Of a stretch of DNA of 60,107 nucleotides, positions 52,501 through 60,107 are shown piece by piece; position 1 is the stretch's first letter; the number at the start of each line of letters is the position of its first letter. A program made the position numbers and the translations under genes. Below the pieces are notes generated by a model. It worked only from the letters and a program-made list of their open reading frames with translations, was not told where the DNA came from and made no database searches. The DNA comes from Samistivirus egole. Lineage: Duplodnaviria; Heunggongvirae; Uroviricota; Caudoviricetes. The stretch covers positions 1-60,107 of IMG/VR virus record IMGVR_UViG_2974779775_000001, one strand, 5' to 3'.

Positions 52501-52521
52501 ACGGTCTACCACAAGGGATGA
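46519..52521 (+). CDS. Large tail fibre/receptor-binding protein with FN3 repeats and carbohydrate-binding-like modules
   Basis: Repeated P..P..L...W...DL..Y FN3 units; NPSFE/SSFQ CBM-like modules; 2000 aa. Confidence 0.8.
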   Translation: MRILLRDLTPGTDYNIQLRSNDGTNVSDWSRIFPLTTIQDTLAPAHPVNLSWVVNRTAFSAKWDAVTQNEDASPLEDFSHYVVSLTDGTTVVEVKTANTFYDLAFETNKAFFGTPKPTVSITVFAVDLTGNRSVASTTLSATNPPPPDPTGVAAAGIVGGVSMKWDVQVIDDLAAYDVYMSTTGSGFTPSNSNRIYSGTGNAVVFDSSSLGIVHYFKIRSRDVFDSISNYVTVSATPISPTDVDTTAPGVPTGLAVTMAVDTNDSAFATAALSWTAPSDTDLAGYVVRYKQNASSTYDYVNVPVGTTSITIGGLVVGVQYNFSVQSFDRSTNRSAFSAAVNGTAVNTAPSTPAAPTAVADVMSIQVSHALQKATSGRLESDVSYLEVHLGTTSTFTASDSTMIGQLQVEPGSTFVSEVFNTPAQDSSLARWVRVIAVDRGGLKSAASAVASVTVGLISNAYIANATITSAKINNLDANKITAGTGIINALLIKSSLTVDTGGTVKSTNYAAGSTGYQLSNNTLEINQGTIRAAALLLQDAPNIVLPQYADFEFQSSWYTGKQVTFNDGGTTTWAIATAPEVTPKYGTQCLKHTWTGGGTFSRVYQGLSYTDYNVIVEPNTDYIASVWVYNPSGSGDKVVGFGVKTDLATYPQPGGTPTVVANGTWTRIQGTFNTGTSSTLMTYMSLYNAGSVYFDGIQIERKLTSATTASPWRAPSTTSIDGGIIRTGEIRSTALANGLSGQPAWSINLTGGAQFGDATVRGRIVVGDPANPTADGTNSRIHSSNYSAGVSGWIIRNDGYAEFRQLAVNSIKVTALDSPMQNNTYAKLFDYMQDGTLWLTSGAVAQKTDPGAYSAESLFEFTGPGLVLRNAVGVTKVAYDPTILYRISARIRAYEVATLNANPSFETNTSGWFAYGSNSITRDTTKFFTGTASVRWDQVGTSNGVYGMGTVVNVKAGRTYNFAARVLPNSTVIRDNLKMNIVWKDAANATISTTFNDMAPPVDENGVAIPIDGTTWVQFASQGVAPVGAVTASFEIQAGISGSPVAGIQGWFDDIFITTPPRVKVGLFGFDNSNNVIDWDFVDAATTPTKMHAMPTDYSQLSTLAGAQYMMVSNDQEVAIASGTGSTTADWVTVTGYVRGRGGTGTDGLFGSQGQANDPYAPAALNQSVRYLVPYVEFDIATGSKAQLDQFSIEAYENGAPGKIDTTDINGTKGISIENIEDDSEFDHAIRFYTGASDEMKPGMIGHILDGDLNSAAHIRMAPPMLNNESTYGRVYMGIYDRNPNYIYDSSFQKGIVNWTANTATPGSAVSWDETVGRIELGSLKITTTGTPVAATEIYGKYDIYTEQHPDLIGRKISVSGWFKPGMIKPVRLYLNCHDETGAIIISYYFQKTPVNTTDWIKQAWTMPVVVPDNTYYLRYFWWWNNAAAGETIWVDECQLETGGVSNYRDAQASLISLTSDTVRSTGSIIVSSSDLDLPLNIWGGGSRRRDVSTYPSFISQTDGGSGVFRAINYTDTYGNRASTQMSNYSADGIEEAAVRIYAGQDDRYPGRIALTNLSGSFALSTYADDGADMTTSTNVRVGGHLDVQGNPPWVAPTLSNGVNYSSAYNVAYFKSNGNVYLRGVIQTYSKATTLFTLPSGYRPAQTVYLNAIQWSSTTSIGAVLLQVNTTGTVQVTSSASTLAQLSLDGLWFSVAPEAVAPPVTGDTTPPAAPSGFSINAYSSGSSTGVYQLKWTNPSTSDTAGVKVIWRTDRYPTVTIPASGTRTLTTDGSIITVTGTPSQAKSYNHSGLPVNKTIYYRIVAYDKSGNHSGYLSASRYLLASPFTIYATDSDAYRLGYGGMWRNDGDAPYQGDWTENDNHRGLFFYGDGIYNKLATGGVVRTPTKMTVYVQRQSTSHGNNAGVGLNLRGHTYGSKPSGDPVGKMTNEGSDGDSIVALSRGEAATVTIPSSWYNNFVDSTSANRLRGVGCYGSTTSEYLVLYGKSSGSSHGKITVYHKG

Positions 52522-52529
52522 GTCCCAAC

Positions 52530-52559
52530 TTGACAGACCGACCTGGCATGAGCTAAGGT
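52530..52559 (+). promoter_or_regulatory. Sigma70-type promoter
   Basis: TTGACA-N18-TAAGGT. Confidence 0.65.
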
Positions 52560-52596
52560 GTAGTTACACTAGAAAAGAAAGAGAGAAATAGAATAA

Positions 52597-52800
52597 ATGA
52601 TGAGTAAAGATGGTCTTAAGTTCCTAGCAATTAAGGAAAGAATTGCACAGATTACTGCGGACTATGAAGAGAGAATCGCAGACCTTCGTGCGGACTACAC
52701 CTTGACTGTCGAAGAACTCCAGGGTCAAATCTCAACGCTCACCAACGAGATTAACGAACTCAAGGCGGACAAGAGTGCGGTGGCTGAGAAGAAGGACTAA
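52597..52800 (+). CDS. Small coiled-coil protein
   Basis: Heptad pattern; 67 aa. Confidence 0.7.
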   Translation: MMSKDGLKFLAIKERIAQITADYEERIADLRADYTLTVEELQGQISTLTNEINELKADKSAVAEKKD

Positions 52801-53218
52801 GAAGCTCGTTGCGCCAACAGTCCCAGTGGATTATCCCACTGGGACTTGCGTGCAGACGGAGAACGGTGTATTTTTCATCAAGGGCAAGTTCAGGTTTAGA
52901 ATCACATCAGACCGAATCTTGTCTAGCTGGCAGTACCCCTTTGTCATCCCCTCAACTGAGGCGGCTTGTGCAAAGTACAGGATAGGTGGTAAGCTCGGTT
53001 TCCGTCAAGGAACTTTGGTTGAGGATATGTCCAATGGTAAAATATATCTGATATCAGAGAACCTTAGACGACAGATTGTTTCGCCAGACTTCTTTGGTGT
53101 CATGCTATTTCCCCGAGACAAAGTAATTGAGGTGTCTCCGGAGGAGATTGCCCTACACAAGGAAGGAGAGAACATAACTTGGCAACTACCCCCTACAAGC
53201 CTACAAGCTGGTCAGTAG
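52775..53218 (+). CDS. Hypothetical protein
   Basis: 147 aa with two similar halves (G..V....NG..F.I). Confidence 0.7.
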   Translation: MRWLRRRTKKLVAPTVPVDYPTGTCVQTENGVFFIKGKFRFRITSDRILSSWQYPFVIPSTEAACAKYRIGGKLGFRQGTLVEDMSNGKIYLISENLRRQIVSPDFFGVMLFPRDKVIEVSPEEIALHKEGENITWQLPPTSLQAGQ

Positions 53219-53619
53219 GCGAGCAGATTACTCGTGAGAAGCTAAACCAGATGACTTCTAACGACCAGTACATTTTTGAGAATCAGCCAAATGCATTTTA
53301 CAATGCTCACGGAATCAAAAAGACTTCTGGTCTTAAGATTATGGCTGGTTACGTTTACATCCAGGGCGGAAAGGCCCGGCACTACGAGAAGGCTGTGTAC
53401 TTTGGTAACTTCTTCTCAGTAGGATGTAAGCCAGTAATCGTAACTGGTCAAGTCATTCAGAAGCAGTCACGAATTCACTGCATCATTCGAGGACTAACCG
53501 GAGAATACTGGCCTGACCACAGAGGCTTTACAGCCGTTGTTGACTCAGACGAGCTAAGCTCCAAGTCAAACTATTTCCACTACGGCGTGAATGTTCAGTT
53601 CATCGCTGTCGGATACTGA
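53179..53619 (+). CDS. Minor tail / fibre-associated protein
   Basis: W..GE.IT..KLNQM..ND N-terminus; TTG start with AAGGAG RBS. Confidence 0.6.
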   Translation: MATTPYKPTSWSVGEQITREKLNQMTSNDQYIFENQPNAFYNAHGIKKTSGLKIMAGYVYIQGGKARHYEKAVYFGNFFSVGCKPVIVTGQVIQKQSRIHCIIRGLTGEYWPDHRGFTAVVDSDELSSKSNYFHYGVNVQFIAVGY

Positions 53620-53897
53620 TGTACAGACCAATCCGCAATTGGCACAATCGAAAGAGAATTGTCTCAGACGATGGCTATGTGCTGGTCTTTGCTCCTGAAC
53701 ATCCAAAATCATTCAATGGAGGATGGTACTATGAGCATCGGATGGTCTTTGAGGCCCGACTAGGAAGACTGCTTGACTCAACGGAGACCGTTCATCACAT
53801 CGGATGCAAGACTGATAATACGAGGAAGAATCTGTTCCTCTGCTCCTGGGAGGAGCATGACAGACTCAACCGACAAGAAGCCTTGACACGAAGATGA
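53619..53897 (+). CDS. HNH endonuclease (HNH_3-like)
   Basis: GYV.V..P.HP...YYEHRMV.E..LGR.L...E.VHH....DN...NL.LC. Confidence 0.82.
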   Translation: MYRPIRNWHNRKRIVSDDGYVLVFAPEHPKSFNGGWYYEHRMVFEARLGRLLDSTETVHHIGCKTDNTRKNLFLCSWEEHDRLNRQEALTRR

Positions 53898-53912
53898 CGG
53901 CATGTTAGGCTT
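53883..53912 (+). promoter_or_regulatory. Sigma70-type promoter
   Basis: TTGACA-N18-TAGGCT. Confidence 0.7.
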
Positions 53913-53939
53913 GTCCGTACAACAACGAAAGGAACAAGC

Positions 53940-54695
53940 ATGTCCGACATGACATGGCTGTTTGTATCTGATGTCCACTTTCCGAATCACGACAGGCGCA
54001 TGCTTGACCTGTGGTTCGAAGTGATGAAGTATCTCAAGCCAGGTGCTATCGACCTGCTTGGAGACATTGACGATGCAGATGGAACGGGCCGGTGGGCAGA
54101 GGGAACTTCACGAGAAGGCTTCTCCCAGAATGACCCTGGCGTTACAGGTACACGAGACTTCCTTGCAGAGATTCATGGCAAGGCACCGAAGGCTGACAAG
54201 CACTTCTTCGATGGTAATCATGGTTGGCATCGACACGTGAAGTGGTTGGACAAGAACAACCCACAGTCCCTTGAGGATGGGGTGTATACTCCAGAGAGTA
54301 TCTACGGTGTGGCTGCCAATGGCTTTGTATGGCACAACTACCTGGAACGACCTACAGAGCGCTACGGAAAAATCTATGCACATCATGGCGTGAGTATTTC
54401 TCAGTATTCTGCTGAGTCTGTTCGCAACGATGTCAAGAAGTTCGAAGTCTCTCTGATTCGTGGCCATTCACATCGACAGGGGTATTACGCCCACACGGCC
54501 CCTCTTGAGGACCGTACAGTTCGTGGCTGGGAAATTGGCCACATGTGCGTTCCCACAGGACAGGATTACGACCTGTCTCCTGACTGGCAGGCTGGCTTCG
54601 CCTATGGCGTAGTTTCAGGTGATGAGGTCTTCATTGACCTTGTTCCAGTCATCAATTACCGATGCAACATCGGCACAAAGGTATTCACAGGATAA
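53940..54695 (+). CDS. Calcineurin-like metallophosphoesterase
   Basis: SDVH, GDIDD, GNH, HHG, GHSH motifs. Confidence 0.82.
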   Translation: MSDMTWLFVSDVHFPNHDRRMLDLWFEVMKYLKPGAIDLLGDIDDADGTGRWAEGTSREGFSQNDPGVTGTRDFLAEIHGKAPKADKHFFDGNHGWHRHVKWLDKNNPQSLEDGVYTPESIYGVAANGFVWHNYLERPTERYGKIYAHHGVSISQYSAESVRNDVKKFEVSLIRGHSHRQGYYAHTAPLEDRTVRGWEIGHMCVPTGQDYDLSPDWQAGFAYGVVSGDEVFIDLVPVINYRCNIGTKVFTG

Positions 54696-54748
54696 AGATA
54701 AAGCCTCCCATGCTATAATGAAAGAAAAAGCAAGGGAGGTTAAGTCTT

Positions 54749-55096
54749 TTGGGTAAGTACGCTAAGTTCGCTATGGCAGTCGTTGCCACAGTTCTAACTG
54801 CTGTGGTAGGATTCGCTGGCGGCGGCATTACCGATGTCGAATGGGTTAACGTAGCTATTGCTGGTGTTGGTGCTGCTTCTGTATTTGCTGCACCTAACGT
54901 TCCAGGCTCTCGTTACACGAAGTCCATTCTTGCGGTTCTTGCAGCAGTTCTAGCATTCCTTACTTCCGCCATCATTGGTGGAATCTCCCCTGTTGAATGG
55001 GGCCAGATTGGAATCCTAGCACTTGGTGCTCTTGGTATTTACGCTGTCCCTAACAAGGTTGGCGATTCAGTACAGGGAGTACGACTTGAACCATAA
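54749..55096 (+). CDS. Holin (internally duplicated 4-TM protein)
   Basis: Two repeats K....V.A.VL....G.I..VEW......G......PN; AGGGAGG RBS before the TTG. Confidence 0.65.
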   Translation: MGKYAKFAMAVVATVLTAVVGFAGGGITDVEWVNVAIAGVGAASVFAAPNVPGSRYTKSILAVLAAVLAFLTSAIIGGISPVEWGQIGILALGALGIYAVPNKVGDSVQGVRLEP

Positions 55097-55265
55097 TAAA
55101 TGTGGTGGACGAGTATTCATCGATAGAGTCTTTTCAGATAGGACTCATCTGGAACTGGCATGCATTGAATGTGGTGCCAGGTGGATGCTCGATAAAACCA
55201 AGAATAAGCTTGCCGCGTGGCTGTCTGCGAGAGAGAAGACTCATTCAGCACAGTTTGCTCGGTGA
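55086..55265 (+). CDS. Zinc-ribbon protein
   Basis: HNKCGG...CIECG; TTG start with GGGAG RBS. Confidence 0.65.
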   Translation: MNHNKCGGRVFIDRVFSDRTHLELACIECGARWMLDKTKNKLAAWLSAREKTHSAQFAR

Positions 55266-55283
55266 AGGACAGGATGCTATACT
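55255..55283 (+). promoter_or_regulatory. Promoter for the replication module
   Basis: TTGCTC-N17-TATACT with TGn extension. Confidence 0.65.
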
Positions 55284-55327
55284 CGACATAGCGCTCCCCT
55301 GCGTACGCAAGTGCGCAGGGGACATTA

Positions 55328-55858
55328 TTGTTTGGAGACCATGTGGGAAAAGAGAAAAGAACCGGTAAGAGAAATGCCGCTCGTTACTTCTTTCTCGATG
55401 GCGTTCCTCACAAGAAACTACAAATCAATCGTGGGGCAGACACTTTGCTCGCATGGAATTATATTGAACGCAAGCGCGTTGCGTACGTATGGTCTGTAGC
55501 AAAGAGAAACATGAAGCCTGCATTCCTGAGCAGAGACGTTATGAGAATGCTCAATCGTCACAGGAACAGTATTCATCTCTACATTCATGAACAGCAAATC
55601 AGAACTCCTTTCAAAACATATTCTCTCGATGGAGAATATAGGCCCGGTATGTTTCTGTGGTCAGAGAAGGATATTCTTGACCTTCATGAACTGCTTGTCA
55701 ATAGAGGATATGGACGTAAGCGCAAAGATGGACTACCCACTGCGTCACGACTTCCTTCTAGAGCAGAGCTACTTGCCATGATGCGGAACGATGTGGTTCT
55801 ATACACGAAGACCCGTGATGGTGAATTCACACCAGTGTGGCAAGAGAAAGATTGGTGA
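55328..55858 (+). CDS. Putative HTH DNA-binding protein
   Basis: Basic protein; SRDVMRMLNRHRNSI..YI resembles a MerR/excisionase-like HTH. The start may be the GTG at 55343. Confidence 0.55.
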   Translation: MFGDHVGKEKRTGKRNAARYFFLDGVPHKKLQINRGADTLLAWNYIERKRVAYVWSVAKRNMKPAFLSRDVMRMLNRHRNSIHLYIHEQQIRTPFKTYSLDGEYRPGMFLWSEKDILDLHELLVNRGYGRKRKDGLPTASRLPSRAELLAMMRNDVVLYTKTRDGEFTPVWQEKDW

Positions 55859-55861
55859 GAC

Positions 55862-56146
55862 ATGGCGCAGGCCAAGTACACTCCCTTCGGAGACAGGCTT
55901 AACCCATCTGTTGCAATTCTACAGGCGGCTAATGCTTTGGATGTCGCAGCTAAGTTTGCGGTTGAATCTAAGGATACTGACACCCTAGTTAGAGTAGCTA
56001 GGGAGTGGGTTGAAATCAGTGGCCGTCTCGTGTACGATGACGAAGAAGAGGACGACGCTCCCGAGGTAAGGGAAGAAGGTCGTCCGTTTGGTTTCTCAGT
56101 GACGAGCGATATTGGAGAGGAGGAAGCTGAGAGTGACAACGATTAA
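55862..56146 (+). CDS. Hypothetical protein
   Basis: 94 aa with an acidic tail. Confidence 0.7.
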   Translation: MAQAKYTPFGDRLNPSVAILQAANALDVAAKFAVESKDTDTLVRVAREWVEISGRLVYDDEEEDDAPEVREEGRPFGFSVTSDIGEEEAESDND

Positions 56147-56324
56147 GGGTAGCCTTACTTACACGCATAACCTTGGAAACTTTCAGAACATCAAGGTTGA
56201 TGTAGGTATTGAGGATACGGTTCGTGATGGCGAGACCGTTGACCAGGCTTTTGACCGAGTGTTTGCAAAGCTGGAAGACCAGCTTGGAACCCGTGTTGCG
56301 AAGGCGGTAGAAGAACTAGGATGA
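56133..56324 (+). CDS. Hypothetical protein (NLGNFQNIKVD motif)
   Basis: GTG start with GAGGAGG RBS. Confidence 0.7.
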   Translation: MTTIKGSLTYTHNLGNFQNIKVDVGIEDTVRDGETVDQAFDRVFAKLEDQLGTRVAKAVEELG

Positions 56325-56686
56325 CCAGGAAGCAGAAGAGTCCAAGGGCTAAGGCATTCGAGCTGATTGGCGTCTACAAAAAGCTCTATCGTGAGAAGTA
56401 CGGCAAGCTACCCCTAATGAACAGCAATGCTCTACAGTGGGGTTTCATGGCTGCTATTGATGACCTGGAGTATGGTAACGCAAGGAAAGCGCTCGAATAC
56501 TTCTTCACTTGTGAGTCTCCTGGTCATGACGTTCAGGTGTTCCTGAACAAGTATGATAAGCTTCACGAGAACAGGCTGAGGGTAGAAGAAGACGCCCGGA
56601 AGCGAGTAGTACGCCTACGTAAGACGGCAGCTCTAGTAGCTGCACTAGACAAGAAGAATGAGGAGGCAATAGATGGCGAGCACTGA
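56321..56686 (+). CDS. Hypothetical protein (possible helicase loader / initiator)
   Basis: Coupled directly upstream of the helicase. Confidence 0.6.
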   Translation: MTRKQKSPRAKAFELIGVYKKLYREKYGKLPLMNSNALQWGFMAAIDDLEYGNARKALEYFFTCESPGHDVQVFLNKYDKLHENRLRVEEDARKRVVRLRKTAALVAALDKKNEEAIDGEH

Positions 56687-57893
56687 GGCAAAGCTCATCA
56701 ATTCCGTTTGCCGTTCAAAGCAAGTGGGACCGCTACTCGCTGATAATGTCGATGACCTCTTTATCTCACACAAGGACATCTGGATTGGACTGCGCAAGTA
56801 TTACATGCAGTTCAAGGCAATTCCAGATGTCTCTGTGTTGCAGGAGCGTTACGCACTGCTTGAGGACATCGAAGCCAAGGGCGAACCAGAATTCTACCTG
56901 GACGAGCTAAAGGGCGAGTATCTAAGGAGTCGTATTGACTCCATCATGGGTAAGGCCGATGAGGCTCTATCCAGGGAGGCTCCAGCGCGAGTTCTCGCAA
57001 AGCTTACCGCAGAGCTTGGTAAGCTCAATAAGTTCACCAACAACGTACGTGACCTCAACCTTACTGACTACGAAGCTGCTGAATTGCACTTCCAAGCGGT
57101 ACGTGAGAGGTCAGCGGCTAACGGTTCTCCTGGCATTCCTACTGGAATTAAGGCAATCGATGCTGCGTATCCTACTGGTATGGCTCCTGGTCACCTCATC
57201 GTGGCTATCGGCTGGCCTGGTAAGGGTAAGACGTGGTTCACCTCCTATCTTGCATGCAAGGCTTGGGAACGTGGATTCAAGCCAATGATTGTTTCTCTTG
57301 AGATGTCTCCTGAGAACATGCGAGACCGAATCTATACTCTCATGGGTTCTGGCCTATTCTCTGCCACTGACTTTGCTCGTGGACAGATTGACATTGACAA
57401 CTTCCGTGCCTGGGGCCAGAAGAAATTGGTTGACAAGCCCGACTTTGTCATTGTCTCCAATGAGGGTGTAGGTGACGTAACTCCCAACACTGTTCAGGCT
57501 AAGATTGAGCAGCATCGTCCAGACATCGTAATCTGTGACTATCACCAGCTATTTACGAACAACAACCGAAGCAACTCTCCTGTAGAGCGAGCCATGGGTG
57601 TGTCTCGTGAATTCAAGCAGCTTGCAATCACGAATAACATTCCTCTGATTGACATCACTGCTGCAACGGCTGACGACACGAACAGCACGAAGACGGCTCC
57701 TATGCTGAACCAGGTTGCCTGGTCCAAGGCTATCGAGTATGATGCTGACATGGCCTTCGCGGTTCACCGTGACCCTGACAGTGGCCTCATGCAGGTTATT
57801 TGCAGGAAGAATCGTCATGGTTCAGACTTCGAGTTTGAGATTGACGCAGACCTCGATAAGGGTGTCTGGAAGGAATCTTACGGCGGCTTCTGA
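56673..57893 (+). CDS. DnaB-like replicative helicase
   Basis: GIPTGI..ID, GWPGKGKT Walker A, SLEM, ICDYHQL, KNRHG. Confidence 0.9.
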   Translation: MASTEAKLINSVCRSKQVGPLLADNVDDLFISHKDIWIGLRKYYMQFKAIPDVSVLQERYALLEDIEAKGEPEFYLDELKGEYLRSRIDSIMGKADEALSREAPARVLAKLTAELGKLNKFTNNVRDLNLTDYEAAELHFQAVRERSAANGSPGIPTGIKAIDAAYPTGMAPGHLIVAIGWPGKGKTWFTSYLACKAWERGFKPMIVSLEMSPENMRDRIYTLMGSGLFSATDFARGQIDIDNFRAWGQKKLVDKPDFVIVSNEGVGDVTPNTVQAKIEQHRPDIVICDYHQLFTNNNRSNSPVERAMGVSREFKQLAITNNIPLIDITAATADDTNSTKTAPMLNQVAWSKAIEYDADMAFAVHRDPDSGLMQVICRKNRHGSDFEFEIDADLDKGVWKESYGGF

Positions 57894-58189
57894 TGCACAG
57901 CAATGTTAAACGGTTTCAGGTGGACGGCATTATCGGAGATGATGCTGATTTTCCACGGCTGAGAGCACACTACGAACATTTGCTGGTTAAAGAAATGCGC
58001 AATGGCGGTTACATTCCAGTCCTTGACCTTGGTCCATATTTCTCAACCGAATATCAGAATAAACGATACAACTTTGTCGTGACGGCATACGGAATTTACG
58101 TTGGGAGGAGAAAGGCTTGGGAAATCCAAGGAATAACGAATGGTCAACTAGTGTCTATGACTACTCCGAAGAACAAATCGCAATCGTGA
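57893..58189 (+). CDS. Hypothetical protein
   Basis: 98 aa, coupled to the helicase. Confidence 0.7.
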   Translation: MHSNVKRFQVDGIIGDDADFPRLRAHYEHLLVKEMRNGGYIPVLDLGPYFSTEYQNKRYNFVVTAYGIYVGRRKAWEIQGITNGQLVSMTTPKNKSQS

Positions 58190-59181
58190 TTCAGGGAATC
58201 GGGGTCGATGTAGAGGGCGAAACAGGCAATGACTTCCTGTGCTATTGTCCATTCCACGGCAACACGGACACCCCAAGTTTCTCTGTTTCCAAGCGCAATG
58301 GTACGTATATTTGTTTCAATGCTGCCTGCGCCGAACAGGGAAACCTGATGGGTCTGGTTCAGCGACTTCGTAAGTGCAATATGATGGAAGCACTTCGATT
58401 CATTATGAAGCACAAGGATACTCGTCGTGTATCTCTTGCTGAAAAGAAGGAGAAGCGAGCGGCGAGGGCTGGGGACTTCAACATCTTCCCAGCAGAGCCT
58501 TTTAAGCGCATGTATGATGACTTCTGGCAGTATCCAGAAGCCGTTCGATACATGGTAGAAGAGAGAGGCTTCGAAGAGGAGACTCTTCATCACTTCGAGA
58601 TTGGTTATTCAGTCAAGAACGATATGGTGATTGTCCCTATGCATTCCCCAGATGGAAAGCATGTGGGCCTCATCGGTCGTTCAATCGAAGGCAAGAGATT
58701 CAAGAATTCACCTGGTCTTCCAGTGAGTCGTACTCTTTGGAACCTTAACAGGGCAAAGGCGGCCGGTGATACAGTGGTTATCACAGAAGCATCATTCGAT
58801 AGTATGAGAGTCCATCAGTCTGGTTATCCTTGTACAGTAGCCTTGCTGGGAGGACATCTAAGTCTCATCCACATCGACTTGCTTGAGCGTTATTTCAATA
58901 CGCTTATCATCATGACCGACTTTGATGACAAGACAAAGCACATTTCTCCAGTGTGCCGTAAGTGCTCTGGGCAATGTGTTGGGCACAATCCAGGACGAGA
59001 CCTCGGAAAGCTCATTGTAGAATCCTTCCCTAGGAAGCGAGTGCTTTGGGCATCCAACGGATACAAAGAGGTCTATCCTAACGAAGCCAAGGATGCTGGC
59101 GGAATGCATGACAAGGAAATCAAGAATTGCATTCAGAACGCTGTCTCCAACTTCGAGTACAAGAGGTGGGGCTTGTACTGA
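58117..59181 (+). CDS. DNA primase (CHC2 zinc finger + TOPRIM)
   Basis: CPFH..TDTPSF, CF...C, VITEASFD, MTDFDD, KDAG. Confidence 0.88.
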   Translation: MGNPRNNEWSTSVYDYSEEQIAIVIQGIGVDVEGETGNDFLCYCPFHGNTDTPSFSVSKRNGTYICFNAACAEQGNLMGLVQRLRKCNMMEALRFIMKHKDTRRVSLAEKKEKRAARAGDFNIFPAEPFKRMYDDFWQYPEAVRYMVEERGFEEETLHHFEIGYSVKNDMVIVPMHSPDGKHVGLIGRSIEGKRFKNSPGLPVSRTLWNLNRAKAAGDTVVITEASFDSMRVHQSGYPCTVALLGGHLSLIHIDLLERYFNTLIIMTDFDDKTKHISPVCRKCSGQCVGHNPGRDLGKLIVESFPRKRVLWASNGYKEVYPNEAKDAGGMHDKEIKNCIQNAVSNFEYKRWGLY

Positions 59182-59257
59182 CAAGCCCTTCTCTGCTACA
59201 ATAGAACTTAGTAGGCGCATAGCGACCTCGAATAACACTAGGAGAATATAAACTAAT

Positions 59258-60022
59258 ATGGGTACTCTTAAGGGTCTCGCAGCAATTCGCGCACATAACG
59301 AGAAGCAGGCACAGGCAGCCAAGGAGCGAGAAGCGCGTCTCAACTCCGCAAAGGTGGAATACCTTAGCCTGAATGATGGACAGAGTGTAAAGGTTCGTTT
59401 CCTCCAGGAAATGGACGCAGAAGCGAAGAACTACGACAAGGCTCGTGGCGTAGGTGTTGGTGTCGTTGAGCACAGCGTTTACGACAAGGCAAACCGTCGT
59501 ATGTACCGCACCGCCTGTCTGATGGACGACGAAGGTCGCTGCTACGGTTGTGAGCGTTACCGTGCAGGCGACAAAGACTATTCAACAAAGCGTAACTACT
59601 ACATCAACGTTCTTGTAGATGCAATGGACGGTGAGGCTCCAAAGACTATGGTTCTTTCCCGTAGCCTTGGCTCATCTTTCTTCGAGAAGCTTATTACGAT
59701 GCATGACCTTCTCGACAGCATCACTGAGCACAACTTCAAGGTAACTCGAACCGGTACCTCAAAGGACACCAAGTGGGACCTCCAGCTTCTTAAGGGAGAT
59801 GCACCACTGGACGACAGCGAGGCCGTAGTTCACGACATCGACAATGAGGCCAATGGCATCATCCGTCGATACCCTTACGAGGCAACCTCTGAGAAGGCTT
59901 CCCAGGAGCAGTATTTCGCTGGTGAAACTTACAAGCAGAAGGATGACGCTGCCGATTCTGGCAATGCATCTGGTGGTGCCTCCAAGGCTACTTCCGGCTA
60001 CAACATGGACGAGTCCTGGTAA
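59258..60022 (+). CDS. Single-stranded DNA-binding protein (gp32-like)
   Basis: L.DGQSVKVRF, C......C..C Zn site, YYINVL, acidic aromatic tail (MDESW). Confidence 0.72.
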   Translation: MGTLKGLAAIRAHNEKQAQAAKEREARLNSAKVEYLSLNDGQSVKVRFLQEMDAEAKNYDKARGVGVGVVEHSVYDKANRRMYRTACLMDDEGRCYGCERYRAGDKDYSTKRNYYINVLVDAMDGEAPKTMVLSRSLGSSFFEKLITMHDLLDSITEHNFKVTRTGTSKDTKWDLQLLKGDAPLDDSEAVVHDIDNEANGIIRRYPYEATSEKASQEQYFAGETYKQKDDAADSGNASGGASKATSGYNMDESW

Positions 60023-60030
60023 ACAAGATT

Positions 60031-60053
60031 GCCCCTCTTCGGAGGGGCTTCTT
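60031..60053 (+). terminator. Intrinsic terminator
   Basis: GCCCCTC-TTCG-GAGGGGC-TTCTT. Confidence 0.8.
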
Positions 60054-60080
60054 GCGTATCTGAGGCCGGTCTGATAGAGT
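60052..60080 (+). promoter_or_regulatory. Promoter for the next gene (outside the window)
   Basis: TTGCGT-N17-TAGAGT. Confidence 0.65.
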
Positions 60081-60107
60081 GGACCTACAACAACAAGGAA
60101 GGTAGCA

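Noticed and set aside
46519-53619. Diversity-generating retroelement or invertible tail-fibre cassette
   Set aside because: No reverse transcriptase or invertase gene, and no template/variable repeat pair was noticed by eye. A self dot-plot would be needed to exclude it fully.

Overview
The window reads as the left ~60 kb of a large lytic Streptomyces-type siphovirus genome. Gene order and content resemble actinobacteriophage cluster BE/BK phages; this is inference, no search was run. (1) About 0.9-11.2 kb is a GC-rich early or host-takeover region, possibly a long terminal repeat. It holds about 20 small minus-strand genes built as repeated cassettes: sigma70/HrdB-type promoter, 5' stem-loop leader, gene, UUCG hairpin, and a 15-bp palindrome TGTCSG-N3-CSGACA (16 copies). 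Cargo includes DUF932, two ribosomal bL12-CTD-like paralogs, a double Lsr2-like protein, a GP88/radical-SAM-like protein and two ParB-like paralogs. (2) About 11.4-19.1 kb is a leftward operon: ThyX, a membrane/HTH DUF2637-like protein whose gene is packed with TGTC/GACA repeats, HNH nucleases, Dps, a cytidylyltransferase, glycosyltransferases, tRNA-Thr and a transglycosylase. (3) About 19.1-19.5 kb is a hairpin-dense strand-switch region with divergent promoters and an attenuator-like RNA. (4) From 19.5 to 60 kb runs rightward: GT4, class II RNR, endolysin, portal, protease, capsid, head-tail, tail, tape measure, tail fibre, holin, helicase, primase and SSB. No terminase, integrase, DNA polymerase or CRISPR array was recognised in this window.
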